Assembly (NCBI GenBank): GCA_963826715.1 | Contig: CAWGYA010000008.1 | Location: forward strand, 448,001 to 512,000 | Reading direction: 5' to 3' | From: Candidatus Bathyarchaeota archaeon | GTDB taxonomy: Archaea; Thermoproteota; Bathyarchaeia; Bathyarchaeales; Bathycorpusculaceae | Length of the DNA: 64,000 nt | Part shown: one piece after another, positions 10,320 through 22,301 of the stretch | Layout of the letters: every line of letters begins with the position of its first letter | How positions within the stretch are numbered: position 1 is the stretch's first letter | The notes under the pieces: generated by a model | Seen by the model: the letters and a program-made list of their open reading frames with translations, nothing else | Databases searched by the model: none | Told to the model about the DNA's origin: nothing | Position numbers and translations under genes: made by a program

Positions 10320-11843
10320 CTATTCTTTTTTGAATAGCTCTTCAGTATTTATTTCCTGTAGCGTTTCTATTATTTTATTCTCAAGCTTCAGTATCTTCTG
10401 TTTGATAATCTCGGGCTCTTCATAGATTACTTCTTTGTACTCAAACTCACGATACTTTGAAATGCTAAGGTCAAAGTTGTTATCTTCAATCTCTTTAATT
10501 GGTACAAAGAAGCATTTGGCTTTTCTATCTTCAAATTTTTCCAAGTCCCTGCGGTCGAATTTGGTTATGATGTCTGTTATGTCGCCTTTGCCGTCGATGA
10601 ATGTTCTTTTATCATCTAGGCTGTAGCCATCTGAGGTCATGCCGTAGAACCAGACTTTCTTTGTTGGTTCGCCTTTAGTGAAGACTAACACCGCTGTGGA
10701 GACGCCTGCATACGGTTTAAAGACGCCTGAAGGCATAGAGACAACAGCGTCAAGCCGGCACTCTTTGAGCAGCTTTTGCCTGATCTGCTTATGAGCATTT
10801 GAATTGCCAAATAATACACCGTCTGGAACAATTACAGCACAAGTTCCGCCGTTAGCCATAATATTGAACATCAATTCCAAAAACAATATCTCAGTTTTAG
10901 TTGTAGTAATCGAGAACTCTCTGCTGATGTCTGATTTGTTTATGCTACCTTTAAAGGGTGGATTAGCTAGGACAATGTCGTAATGGTTCTTTTCTTGGTT
11001 GTACCGAGTTGACAGAGTGTTAAGTTGTTTTATGTTTGGTCGTTTAACGCCGTGCATCATCAAATTCATTAATGAAATTCTAACCATCGTAGAGTCAAAA
11101 TCGTACCCATGAAGCATTAGCTCTCTTAATTGGTTCCACTGCTTTTCATTGAGCTTGTCTCCGACAAAATTGTACTCGTTTCCTTGCTCGTCTACTTTGA
11201 TTAAGTCCTTTGAAGTATTAGTTTTAAGAATATGCTCATAGGCGTTAACCAGAAAGCCAGCCGTGCCGGAGGCGGGGTCACAGATTAAATCGCCAATTTT
11301 CGGGTTAGCCATGGCAACCATCATCTTAATAATATGCCGCGGTGTCCTGAATTGCCCGTTCTTTCCAGCAGTCTTTAGTTCTGAGAGCAGATACTCATAG
11401 AGGTCACCTTTGGCATCCCTATTCTGCTCTTTAATGTGCATTTCATCGATAATTTTGACAGCTTCGATGAGTAATGAGGGTGTTGGGATAGTGAAAACTG
11501 CATCTTTCATATACTGAGCATACAAAGAATCTTCACCGCCCAAGGTCCTAAGGAAAGGAAACACCTTGTCCCTAACATGCTCTAAAATCTGGTCGGCAGG
11601 AAGATTAGTCCACTTAGACCACTTATATTCAGGATGCTCCTCAAAGATTGAGGAATAACCATTACCGTTTAGTTGTGACTCTTGCTCCTGCTGAATGTCC
11701 TCATCTTCAAGTCTCTTCATAAAAATAAGATAAGACATCTGAGTAATGGCTACTAAAGGGTCAGAAATACCTCCGCTCCAAAACTTGTTCCAAAGTTGAT
11801 TTATTTTCGATTTAAGTTCTAAATCTAGCAAACTAATCACCAT
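10320..11843 (-). CDS. hsdM: type I restriction-modification methyltransferase subunit
   Basis: GQFRTPRHII, DPASGTAGFL (motif I), ANPPF (N6-adenine motif IV). Confidence 0.95.
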   Translation of the reverse strand: MVISLLDLELKSKINQLWNKFWSGGISDPLVAITQMSYLIFMKRLEDEDIQQEQESQLNGNGYSSIFEEHPEYKWSKWTNLPADQILEHVRDKVFPFLRTLGGEDSLYAQYMKDAVFTIPTPSLLIEAVKIIDEMHIKEQNRDAKGDLYEYLLSELKTAGKNGQFRTPRHIIKMMVAMANPKIGDLICDPASGTAGFLVNAYEHILKTNTSKDLIKVDEQGNEYNFVGDKLNEKQWNQLRELMLHGYDFDSTMVRISLMNLMMHGVKRPNIKQLNTLSTRYNQEKNHYDIVLANPPFKGSINKSDISREFSITTTKTEILFLELMFNIMANGGTCAVIVPDGVLFGNSNAHKQIRQKLLKECRLDAVVSMPSGVFKPYAGVSTAVLVFTKGEPTKKVWFYGMTSDGYSLDDKRTFIDGKGDITDIITKFDRRDLEKFEDRKAKCFFVPIKEIEDNNFDLSISKYREFEYKEVIYEEPEIIKQKILKLENKIIETLQEINTEELFKKE

Positions 11844-13056
11844 TAAACGCTTTTTCGGTTAAAATGCTTGATAACTTGACAATCTCCAAGTTAGTGTCCA
11901 GTTGCATCTGCCGTAATTCTTTAATTTGGCGATAAATTTCTACGAATTTTTTCTGAAGGTTTATTGGTGGAATTGGTATCTCAAGCGTTTCCAGCACTTT
12001 CGTATTCATAAATGTATATGCCCCATCTGCACCAGTTTTTAATCGCCCTATTTTTCCTTTAAAGTACTCCATTAAACAAACAAAATATACTGGACTAAGG
12101 ATGGTTTTGTCCAGGGATAAACGAATAAGATTTGAACTTATTATTGACTCCTTAGCGGAAGTCTCAACTACGCACATTTTACCAACTGTTCCAGCGCGTG
12201 ATATTATAACGTCACCATTTTCTATTGCATAAGATTTTAAAGCGTTAAATTTTTGCTCTGTTACAAACAAGCATTTTCGTTCTAAGAAAGCCCCATTATG
12301 TATATTGTCCATGGTCCAAACTGGAATGCCTGATTTGACGTATTCAAATTTTTTGAGGGCGCTCCCGAATGGTCCGCACTTTAAACCGGATCTATTTTTC
12401 GAAAAAGCGGTTTTTAGCTTTGCAAAGTCAAAATTGTATGGGTTTTTTTTAGGTTCTCCAAACATTTTAATGAAAACATTTTGTAAATATTCTTCTGTTA
12501 ACTTATCCGCTTGTTTTCGCCGTTCCCTTAATTGCTCGACATTGTCAAGCATTGAAACAATTTTTTCTTGAGTGCTAATAGAAGGCAAAGGTACTTTTAA
12601 TTTTTGAAGATTTTTTTTACTAATTCGTTCTCTGGTAGTTCCAACTGAAAATTTTTTGGCTTGATTTTGAAGGGCTTCTGTATTTAGAAAGTAATTTAGG
12701 TATTTTACCTTTGCAAGGGTTGGGTCAGGCTTAATTATTGTTACATCTACAGCTGTAACGGTATCAAAATTAAGTTTTGGTAATATGCAAGACCTGCAGA
12801 TAGGCTCGGCCATTCGTGAAACTAGTAAATCTCCTTCCTCTAACCTAGTGCATTTAAGTTTTTTACATGTTTTTTCAGAGATAAACTTGAAATCTTTGTG
12901 TAAGAATTTTCCCTTACCGATATGCTTGAGTTGCACCACACCTATTTTGCCATTATCGGACATGTCCCGAGAGAGTATCCAATCGCCATCAAGAAAACCT
13001 ATGGTAGACTTGCCCATAACCTCGATAAAGGATCTGCAAGAATCTTTTATTTTCAT
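11833..13056 (-). CDS. hsdS: type I R-M specificity subunit
   Basis: Two TRDs with conserved VPLPS..TQEKIV and IPIPPI.LQKKF helices. Confidence 0.92.
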   Translation of the reverse strand: MKIKDSCRSFIEVMGKSTIGFLDGDWILSRDMSDNGKIGVVQLKHIGKGKFLHKDFKFISEKTCKKLKCTRLEEGDLLVSRMAEPICRSCILPKLNFDTVTAVDVTIIKPDPTLAKVKYLNYFLNTEALQNQAKKFSVGTTRERISKKNLQKLKVPLPSISTQEKIVSMLDNVEQLRERRKQADKLTEEYLQNVFIKMFGEPKKNPYNFDFAKLKTAFSKNRSGLKCGPFGSALKKFEYVKSGIPVWTMDNIHNGAFLERKCLFVTEQKFNALKSYAIENGDVIISRAGTVGKMCVVETSAKESIISSNLIRLSLDKTILSPVYFVCLMEYFKGKIGRLKTGADGAYTFMNTKVLETLEIPIPPINLQKKFVEIYRQIKELRQMQLDTNLEIVKLSSILTEKAFNGD

Positions 13057-13451
13057 TTGCTTTCACCCTTTAGCAAGTAAGCGGGAATTGGAACTGAATC
13101 TTTTTTTTTGCTTTGGATATAGCTTGCCCTTTCTTCTAACACTGTGACAAGCGCTTTTTTTAGGTCTTCAAGATAGAGGGGAGAAATATTTTTCATGATA
13201 GTAGCGGTTGCACCTGAATCTATTTTAACTAACCAAGTAAAAGAATCCTGATCTTTATTATAATGAACAATGTTTTTTCCAGCGACATTAGTTGGTAAGT
13301 GGATTTTTGTCTCTTTGAGAATTAATTCTCTAAGAAGATTTGCAGGGCTAACACCTTTCTTTTCGCAATGAGTCCTAAACATCGTTAACTCGTCAACTGG
13401 CATTTTTGTGGACACAGTTCTATATTCCATGGCTAACTTGTATGCCGGCAA
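13053..13451 (-). CDS. ribbon-helix-helix-like DNA-binding protein inside hsd operon
   Basis: YRTVSTKMPVDELTMFRTHCEKKGVSPANLLRELIL; stop overlaps hsdS start. Confidence 0.6.
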   Translation of the reverse strand: MPAYKLAMEYRTVSTKMPVDELTMFRTHCEKKGVSPANLLRELILKETKIHLPTNVAGKNIVHYNKDQDSFTWLVKIDSGATATIMKNISPLYLEDLKKALVTVLEERASYIQSKKKDSVPIPAYLLKGESK

Positions 13452-13489
13452 GGCTTAATAAGTATTTATGTAAACCTCAGTTTACCTTA

Positions 13490-16229
13490 TTATTTCATCT
13501 TTAATTGGTTGCATTTCTGAATGACAAGCTTAAGTTCGTCTATCTTGAATAAGTCAAGTGGGCGTTCATTGGACAAGGGTGGTTTTGCTAGATCAGCCAA
13601 CTCTATTCTCTTTCTTTCAGAGAAAACCTTCTTTAAAATTAATAGAAATTCGAGTTGTCTTGAATTATAACTGTTCTGTTTGACTATGTATTGGTCAAAT
13701 TCGTATTCGATTAGCTCCTTTGGGTCTTGTTTCTCGGTTAAGCCCATTATTCTGTGCAGGAAGGATATGAAGTCGGTTTTTTGGTATTTCTGCACGTTTT
13801 CAATAGTCAACTCTGGTTTTAGGGAGGACAACTCTAGTTCCAATTCACCTAGTTCGCTGGCGGTTATGCCTTCTCTACTTTGGATTTTTTGGGCAAGTGT
13901 ATTTGAATCAAGTAATTTCTTGATCGCTGGGTCCTCTTTTACTTCTTTAGCGTAGGTTTCTCTTAGTATCACAAAGTCTGGTTGGTCAACCTGAACCACT
14001 TTTTTTGGGGTAGGTTCGTAATACTTCATTAAAGGTGCTATCTGTACAACTAAAAACTCAACATCACTAAATGTTAGGTCTTCCCAAAAAGAATCGGCGA
14101 AGACTCGCAGGATATTGGGCAGGTTATTTTTTATTTCGGTGAGGGTGTCTCTTCTGCGTATGTTATCGGACATACCTTGAACGTAATCTCTGAGTTCAAA
14201 AATCAGGTCTTTTTTGCCTTCTAAGACATACCCGAACAGCTTTTCAACCCGCAAGATGAATGAAGCTACATTGGGGTTTTTGCCTTGGCTGAAAATCATG
14301 AGGGGGGCAATTTCTTTTTTTAACTCAGCGATGTATGTATCTAAATTGAAGACTTCACCTTTGATCTTTTCTAGGTACAGACAGTTTTTCTCGTAGAATA
14401 AAAGAGTCTTTGTCTAAATCATCAATGGAAGCGATAATTTTGCCAGCGATAATGGTTTTTTGTTCTTGATTGAGGGGTTGTTCTAAGAGTTTTACTCGGT
14501 TTTCAAAAATTCTGGTGATGACATCTTTGGTTGGTAAATGCTCTTTGGCTTGGCTGAATTGGTGGTAGATAACATTTGAGTGCCCACCTATTTTGAAGTC
14601 AAGAATTAAGAAGTTGCTTTTTTCTTGGTTTGGTAGCCATAGCGGATGTTTGCATGCTTCTCGGTTTCTTGTGCCGCGCCCCACCATTTGCCAGAATCGG
14701 ATATGTGAGAAAACGGGTTTAACAAAAACCAAGTTACAGACTTCGGGGACATCAACACCTGTATCGAGCATGCCAACGGATAGGGCGATTCTTGGCTCTG
14801 ATTGAAGACCAAACCGCTTAACCTCATCATCTGAGCGATACATCTCTGAAGTGATAACCTGTACATCGTTACTTAGAGTGGGAACAACTATTCCAAAAAT
14901 TCTTTTCAAGTGTTTTGCATGTCTTTGGCTGGCACAGAAAAAGATAGACTTGCAGGGTTTCCCATCATCAGAACGGTAACAACTCCGCAGAAACTCGCGG
15001 ACTATTACCTCATTGGTTTTGTCATCCATGAATACCCTGTCGAACTCTGAACCGGCAAACTCTGCCGTTTCAGGATTGACTTCTTGGCGTCGAAGTTGGT
15101 CTTTTAGCGCATCAGTTAGGGTTGAGCCTTTAATCCCTAAAGATAGCCGTTCTGTGTCAATTATTTCTGCCCTGTAAGGCACAAGAATAGTATCAACAAT
15201 AGCCTCGTCGTAAGAGTAATCTACCGTTGGCTTACCATGCTCGCAGTCGAATAAATCAAACGTATTCTTGGTTTCACATTCTCTAGGGGTTGCTGTTAGG
15301 CCTATCTTTATTGCATCAAAGAATCTATCGACAAAATGGTTCCTGTCGTAATATGACCTGTGGGCTTCATCAAAGACTATTAAGTCAAAAAAGCCTGGGC
15401 TAAACTTTTCTGCAAGCCGGGGTTTGCCGCTCATTAAAGTTTGAACAGTAGAAACATACAGCCGACCTGTCGTTGAAAAGCCATCACGCAAGTCAACTAC
15501 GGGCTCAGTGAAGAACTGCTCAAACCCACTAGACTTAACCTGATTAACAAGGGCTGTCCGGTCAGCAATAAACAAAGCATTTCTAACAATATTGGCGTTT
15601 ATCAAAACATCAATTATTGCCATGGCAACTCTGGTTTTCCCTGTACCGGTAGCCATTTGAACAAGCGCTTTTCGATGACCCTTAGAAAAATGCTCGCTTA
15701 GTTGCCGGACAATCTGAATACTTCTTGGTCGGCTGACTATATTTGAGTTAATTTTAACCTCGCAAGGGTTTCGTCTCTTACTGTAATTGTCGCCTCTTCT
15801 TTTGAGATCCTCTTGACTAAAGGGACCGCTAACTTTACGCTCTATACCATCCTCATCGACTAAGCACCAAACTTTGCCGTTGGTAAGAAAGAAAGGAATC
15901 CTTCTGCCGGTCTGGCGTTCAATATCTTTTGCGTAGCTGCGCGCTTGGATGCGCCCTTTTTCTTCATCTTTGGAGAATTTTTTTGCCTCAATAAGAGCTA
16001 AAACCGAATAGTCCTCATCAAGCAATAGATAATCAATAAAACGATCAACCCCTTTTTCAGGGTGCTTATCATAAAATACTAATCGTTTATTTACAAAATC
16101 CGACTTAACCGAATTGACCTCTGTCTTAACGTACTTTTCAATCCAGCCTCTTTTCTTTAGGGCGGGGTCAATGTATTTGGTTCTGGTTAATTTCTCATCG
16201 GAGGAATCAAACGCTTCTTCTTCTGTCAT
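13490..16229 (-). CDS. hsdR: type I restriction endonuclease R subunit (EcoAI/EcoEI-like), frameshift near 14375
   Basis: D..IEAKK nuclease motif, MATGTGKT, DEAHR, TATP, QMVGRGTR; C-terminal part continues in another frame (13490..14299). Confidence 0.88.
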
Positions 16230-16357
16230 GTTGATAATTAATGCAGCGTAGTTTGCTTATAAAATCTACCAATCTGAATTACAAACAAGTTAGGCTTAAA
16301 TGGAATTAACTACAAGAAAGCCTTGCCAAAAATGGTTCTCTATTGACAGGTGAAATT

Positions 16358-16698
16358 ATGAGAGGGCTAAAAATCCAGAATGTGTGGATAAGAAAAATAT
16401 TATCCGGAGAAAAGTCTATGGAGGTTAGAAGTAGGCGCTATTATGTTCTGGGTCAGAAGATTGCGTTGGGGAACTCTGGAAATGGGTTAGTTGAAGGATA
16501 CGCCACTGTTAAGAAATAATTGAAATACCCTTCGAAAGAATTTCAAAGTATGAGAGTGAACATCTTGCGACTAAGTGGTTGTTAAAGCAATACCGTAATA
16601 AAGAAACTCTTTATGGTTATTGTTTAAGTTGTGTCAAAAAAAACTACAGGGTTTTTCCTTATCCAAAATCGGCGAGCATTTAGTTTACTTTAGAATAA
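16358..16698 (+). pseudogene. ASCH/PUA-like domain protein
   Basis: MRGLKIQNVWIRKILSGEKSMEVRS (GxKxxExR); frameshift near 16515 and a TAG near the C-terminus. Confidence 0.65.
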
Positions 16699-16780
16699 GA
16701 GAAGGGTGAAGAAGAGCAGTTTTAAAGAATTAGGATCCAGTATACGTATCTGCTTTTTTCTAATTTTCTTTTATTCTGTT

Positions 16781-17840
16781 TTAAGCTGGTAACTCATGGA
16801 AAAATTGATCAAGTGTGGGTTGTTCTTTGCGAACTGGTTGCACAACATCTTTCAATCTCTCGACTAAAACATGATATTGTTGACTCCAAATTAGATCAAC
16901 AAAGAGCTGTATCATCTTTGCATATTTTCGTTCATTTCCCAGTTTTAGCGAGCTAAGATAGGTATCTCTGTCGACTCCGAGAAAGAGTAATCGAGGATAC
17001 CGCACTTCTTTAACATATAATTGAAAATTTCTCGGCCGACTCGTCCATTTCCATCGGTAAAAGGATGAACCATCTCAAAACCATAATGGAATAATACAGC
17101 CGCCTCAAAAGGATGAACGCCTTTGTCCAATCGATTGTAATATTCCGTAATTAGTTTTTGAAGCTCAGATTTGATTAGGATTGCAGGTGTTACAGGGAGG
17201 TCACATCCAGCTACCATAATGCTATCAATTCGTCTAAAAACTCCTGATGATTCATTGTCAATATTATTCATGATTAATGAATGAAGCGTCTTCAAGAAAT
17301 CCAAGGTTACCTTAGCTTTGCTGCTTTCTCTAAATTTGATGACTTTTTTAAAATTTTGAACCTCGTTAATCTCTCTCAGAGATTTCCCGGCAGGTGTAAT
17401 GTTGTTAACTCGAAGGTCAAACGCTTGATGGGACGAAATAGTGTTGCCTTCAATATTAGTTGTTCCCTGAATATAATTTATTTCAAAGGCTTGCTCATAA
17501 ACAGCTACTTCGCTTAATGTCAACAAGCTTATGAAAGTTCTGTAATAATGGCGTACTTTTTCAACGCTCCTTATGCCATCGCGACTAAGGTATTTTGACT
17601 TGTAAAAGCTACTGCTTAATTCAGCTCGCTTCTCACTGCCATTGCTTCGAGGTCATAGGCATATTTAATTCCTAATTGTATTTTTTCTTCTGCTGATGTT
17701 GGGGGAGCGCGACCAACGTAAATTCTAACTTTTGTTCGTCTGTTTTTGTATTTTACATCTTTTACTATGTAACTAATAGGTTTGTTATTGCGATAGGTAG
17801 TTTCTATCCTGTACTTTTTTTGTTTCCTTGCCGCTTGCAT
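16781..17840 (-). CDS. Fic-domain protein, split over three ORFs by frameshifts
   Basis: HPFTDGNGRVGR catalytic motif; TTNIEGN inhibitory motif; ORFs 17616..17840, 16945..17526, 16781..17005 are contiguous. Confidence 0.85.
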
Positions 17841-18200
17841 TGTGATTATGTATTGTTGACGCCCTATTTTAAGAATTATACAAAATGGGCGTCAACACGA
17901 GATTGTGAATAATAAATTATTTTCTTGAGAGCTTAACTTAATCCACCGTAAGATGACACGGCATCGTTTTGAAAATGTACTGCATCGAAAGGTAATTTGT
18001 TTACGGCTTAGGCTACTTCTCAATTCATTTTTAATTCGTGTATTTCTCATCCTTTGCTTGCGTGTCCAAAGCGGGTTATTTTCCAGTTTTCCATGTTTCC
18101 ACAATGAAGCGGGCGTTGCTGGTTATTTGAAAAATTTAGCTATCTTTTGGGCGTAGCTAAAGCTTAAGAATACATTTACAGTTCCAATAACTAGGATAAT

Positions 18201-18536
18201 TTGAAGATTCCTGAGCTCTCCTCAATTAAAAGCATACCTGAGAAAACACTTGCAACTATCTGGAAGACTATTTCTGATAAGTCCCTGCCAGAAGCACACG
18301 CTTTTACCTTAAACGACAAAGACTTTGACTACATGCTAAATATTGTTCAGAAAAACCCCGGCGTTAAAGACTCAAGAGTCAGAGAATATGGGGTAGATTT
18401 TGATAATTCCTTAATTGAAGCCTTCTCGTTTAAGGCAGAAAACTATTTTGTAATTTTAATCAAGCAGTCTGCCCCGCTGCAAGAATTGTTAGAACACGAA
18501 TTAAAACACATTCTAGACGACGACTACAGCACATAG
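18201..18536 (+). CDS. small HExxH (zincin-like) protein
   Basis: C-terminal LLEHELKHIL. Confidence 0.55.
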   Translation: MKIPELSSIKSIPEKTLATIWKTISDKSLPEAHAFTLNDKDFDYMLNIVQKNPGVKDSRVREYGVDFDNSLIEAFSFKAENYFVILIKQSAPLQELLEHELKHILDDDYST

Positions 18537-18549
18537 CACATTTCGGCTT

Positions 18550-18801
18550 TTATGGTGCTATTAGTTTTCTGGAGCACATAGGGCACTTTACAATGAGGTT
18601 GTTGAGGTCTTTTTCAGATTGTAAAATCATCAATTCGTTATAGCAGCTAAAACAGAAGTATATTTGGCATTTTGGACAATAATAGACGCCCCCACCCACC
18701 ATATGTCCGCAAACATCACAAAGTCTGGACGAAAAGAAAATCCATAAGACAACTTTAGACGACAATTCACAGATAAAGAAATCGGCTAAAATACAGCCCA
18801 T
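18550..18801 (-). CDS. Cys-rich zinc-finger protein
   Basis: CDVC..CPKC..CFSC..CPMC. Confidence 0.55.
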   Translation of the reverse strand: MGCILADFFICELSSKVVLWIFFSSRLCDVCGHMVGGGVYYCPKCQIYFCFSCYNELMILQSEKDLNNLIVKCPMCSRKLIAP

Positions 18802-18821
18802 AGTAGCAGAGTATTAGCTAT

Positions 18822-20368
18822 TTATAAAAATAAATTAACAGATCCAATATTACCTCTGCGTATAGTAACATAAGCTATTATCCCCAATATAGCGCCCAAA
18901 AATACTATAATTGCTGCCAACACAACCTCGCTACCCAAAGGCTGAGCTGTTAACGTGCCTTTTACTATATGCATACTTATCAGGTGTGTGCTATGGTGAT
19001 ACTTAAAGCAGTAAATCCATGAGTCACCAGCAGAAATAACAGTATAATTGAGTTGTTTGCCATCCAGAGTTGCCTGAAGGTCTTCCCCGTTTTCAACCAT
19101 ATTTTTGGCGATGGTTGCTTGGCGTAACTGTGGTTCCTGTCGGTCCAGTCACGTTAAAGCTTAAAGTAGAGGTGGCATTGTCAAATGCTAAGGCGTAAAC
19201 TGTGCTGTTTGATTCAATAACAAAAGTACTTCTCTCGCTGGGCAGAAAACTCAAGGTTGTAGTGTTGCTAACAGGCGCGTTTTCTGCATCTCCACTCCAC
19301 GCAGCTTTAAACGTGAATGTTCCAGAAGCGCTATTTATCCACTGAATGTTGTAGTTGCCTTCTATGTCAGTTTGGGCTGAACTAATTGGAATCCAAGAAT
19401 CAATTCCCAAAAAATTGTATGATAAAACAACAGTTTTGTTTTGCAATGGGATGTTCGTAGAATTCGCCAAGTTGCCGAAAATGTTAACTGCTGAACCAGC
19501 AACATTTGACAAAGATTGTGCGCTCGCCAAGATTGACAGGCCCCGTTAAGCGAGGGTTGTTTTCTATAAATAGGGGAAACGTAGAAATCATCAAAACAAT
19601 CAGTTCCCCAATAATGTCCCCATTTGCTAAGTGTAGATATATACATAGCATTCGCTTGCGTTGATAGCGTAGGGTTCGGAATAGCGAAATAGACCGTTTT
19701 CATAGAATGAAACTGTTCCATTTGAAATCTCAATTTCAAGTTTGCCAGTCGGCGATAACCATGGGACCTCAACTCTCCACGAGATATTTCCATCAATTCG
19801 GCTTACAACACGAGTTAAGTTCATATGATAATATTTTGTATCAAGTACTTTGTTTAGCATATACCAGTTCGTCGCATTGACTGGGTCTCGGTCTGTTATT
19901 TTCTGGTCACTTATAAGAAGAACCATTTCGGAAACATTGTCGAGTTCTACAACATTAACAGATGTTTCAAATCCTGAGGTGGAGTTTGTACTAATTGGGT
20001 ATTTTGTTACATAGCCTGCTTGGCTCCAATACCAATCTTCCCAGCTTCTGTTGCTGTCTGGCACAGTAACCTGTAATTTTCCGTCCTTCTCTGCGGTTAA
20101 TCCTCCATTTATTTCAATTTTATCCCAAATACCTAGAGTTGAAGGTGTTATCGTCAAAGTTATCTTGCATTTGCGATTGTGGATTTCGTTGAGTTAAGTC
20201 AGATGGGATTGTTGTGCTGCTTAAGTCTTGGATGAATTCTGAGGTACTTGTGAGGGTAGCCTGAGAGGAAGCTTTCGTTGTGGGGGTATCTGAGCAAATT
20301 ACTGTTAATGATAGAATACAGAACAATAAAATACTGATTAATCCAGCTTTGCTGTTTTGGAACAACAT
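18822..20368 (-). pseudogene. secreted/surface protein with Ig-like domain and C-terminal TM, multiply frameshifted
   Basis: Signal peptide at 20368; consecutive ORFs 20120..20368, 19627..20157, 19093..19530, 18822..19100 end in TM plus basic tail. Confidence 0.7.
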
Positions 20369-20859
20369 TGTTTCCCTAATTACCTTTTTTTATTTCTGTA
20401 TTAAAGTGTTTCAGTCAAGGTTTTTTGACTAACAGAAAGTTGAAGCGTTACGGTTCTCGGAATCTACCTTCCGTTCTTTTCTAGCTATTTAGCAAACAAA
20501 AACCTCTTCACTAATAAGCGTATCAAACGGTTTGCTTATTTCCAATCCGATTTTTACAGACCCTAGCAAAGTAGTCAAAAAATAGGAACAAAAAAGAGAG
20601 GTTGTTTATCTTGCCCAGCAGGGACCATCAGCATACCCGTAGCCATAGCCGCCTTGATATGGAGCTTTCTGGAACAGAGCCGTCAGTTGGTGCCTGAGGC
20701 CCTACATACTGACATTCATAGACTTGGTTTGCTCCATAGCCAAAACAGTTACCTATCCAGACCCAAAACCCTTAGAAGTCGCCGCGTTCAGGGTGACCCG
20801 GGAACTAATTGTGTTTGGTTTTATAGAACTATTTGGGCGGCTGCAATCATAGCTTAGCT

Positions 20860-21084
20860 TCAAGTCTTTGTGACTTTGATAGCGCTCACAGGACAAGCGC
20901 TTTCCGCATCTTGTGCAACGATTATTTTGTCATCGTCAAAACTGCCAGTTGATTTCCCGTTACTTATTCCGCCTTTCACTTTCGACTTACCCTCATCATC
21001 TCTTTCGAAATGGTAAGAATCCCTCGTGTAACAGGCTGCGCACGCTATGCAATCGTCCCTGTTAACTTCAATTTCGAATTTCAA
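20860..21084 (-). CDS. single-cluster ferredoxin (Fer4_13/15 type)
   Basis: CIACAAC ... CPVSAI. Confidence 0.88.
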   Translation of the reverse strand: MKFEIEVNRDDCIACAACYTRDSYHFERDDEGKSKVKGGISNGKSTGSFDDDKIIVAQDAESACPVSAIKVTKT

Positions 21085-21202
21085 TAAATAACCCTCAACT
21101 TTAACTTTAACTTGGTATGCTAATTTAAATTTATTCTTTTAGATTTTTCTTATTGCTGAAGCTTAATAAAGGCTCTCAGATGAGATAATTACGAAGACCA
21201 AC

Positions 21203-21330
21203 ATTAATTTTTGAACGCATAAAGTCCGAAGGTTTAGCTCACTTCGCGTATTTTTAAGGCTCTAACAAGGAAGCCGTAATTATTGAACCACACCGTGACT
21301 GCCAAAGTTACATTGACCTTGCCAGAAAGA
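21203..21330 (+). pseudogene. N-terminal fragment of MBL-fold hydrolase
   Basis: LIFERIKSEGLAHFAYF*GSNKEAVIIEPHRDCQSYIDLA. Confidence 0.55.
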
Positions 21331-21631
21331 AGAGCCAACTACATTTTAGGTACATCCAGGCGCGGCCTTCTTTGGTTACTCCATGGGGACTAAATAAATC
21401 GGTTAAAAAAGATATTTCAAATTCGTTACCGCATCTTGGACAGTGGTACGCGGTGGCTTTTTTGCGCCACAAGACAAGCATTAACAATCCCCCTGTAAGA
21501 ACCGCCAGCCAAACATACCAATACGTGACAAGCAAAATAAAGGCGGTAATTGAGATGACTAAAACGTAGATGCCTATTAAAAGAAGTGATTTTGTCCAGT
21601 CGCTTCTTTTAGGCTTACGATAAGCTGACAT
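21308..21631 (-). CDS. membrane protein with zinc ribbon (truncated)
   Basis: 2 TM + YHCPRCG...YLKC; second CxxC incomplete. Confidence 0.6.
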   Translation of the reverse strand: MSAYRKPKRSDWTKSLLLIGIYVLVISITAFILLVTYWYVWLAVLTGGLLMLVLWRKKATAYHCPRCGNEFEISFLTDLFSPHGVTKEGRAWMYLKCSWLFFLARSM

Positions 21632-22113
21632 TAATGCGCCTTAACGCGGTTTACAGCTTCACAGACTTTATCGGGCTTTTTTGAGGAGAAAACAAACACT
21701 CTCCCCTCTTTGGGACCTACCTCAACTGCGTCCCCAAACGATGTTGTAAACGCAACTGAGCCATCTCTGCCATAGCGGATACCTACCCCGAAATATCGCC
21801 CAAGATTAGATTTAGTTCTCTTACAGTAAGCAACCTCGTCTAAAAGGAACGATTTTTTGTTGAACAAACCATAATCTACGGTAAGTCTACCGTTGCTAAT
21901 TTCTATGGATATTCCTCGGTAATTCCAAATTAAGAAACCAATTAAGGCTAGTATGCTCCAGGCTAATGCAACTCCAATTAAACTCTCAACTGTGAGTCCG
22001 CCAAAATATAGGATTGTAGTACTTATGATAATCTCCAAGGAAACAAACATTGTCACCAAACCTTTGACTAGTTTCCCCATTGGGACCCATTCGGTATAAT
22101 CTGCACTTAGCAT
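21631..22113 (-). CDS. membrane protein with bacterial PH-like domain
   Basis: 2 TM then GVGIRY...FVFSSKKPDKV. Confidence 0.65.
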   Translation of the reverse strand: MLSADYTEWVPMGKLVKGLVTMFVSLEIIISTTILYFGGLTVESLIGVALAWSILALIGFLIWNYRGISIEISNGRLTVDYGLFNKKSFLLDEVAYCKRTKSNLGRYFGVGIRYGRDGSVAFTTSFGDAVEVGPKEGRVFVFSSKKPDKVCEAVNRVKAH

Positions 22114-22301
22114 ATTCTAAAAAAATAAGCAGCCAACAATTTATTTTTTCTTATCAACATTTGCTGTTTTTGACATTCAATCGTTATAAAGTCATTAAAG
22201 GTGTGGGCTTTGCCTGTTTTAGCTATCAATTGGTGGATTTCCCATATATTGCAACGAAACGGTTATGCGTTGTCTGCTTAGGCTGCTTCTGATTTCGTTA
22301 T

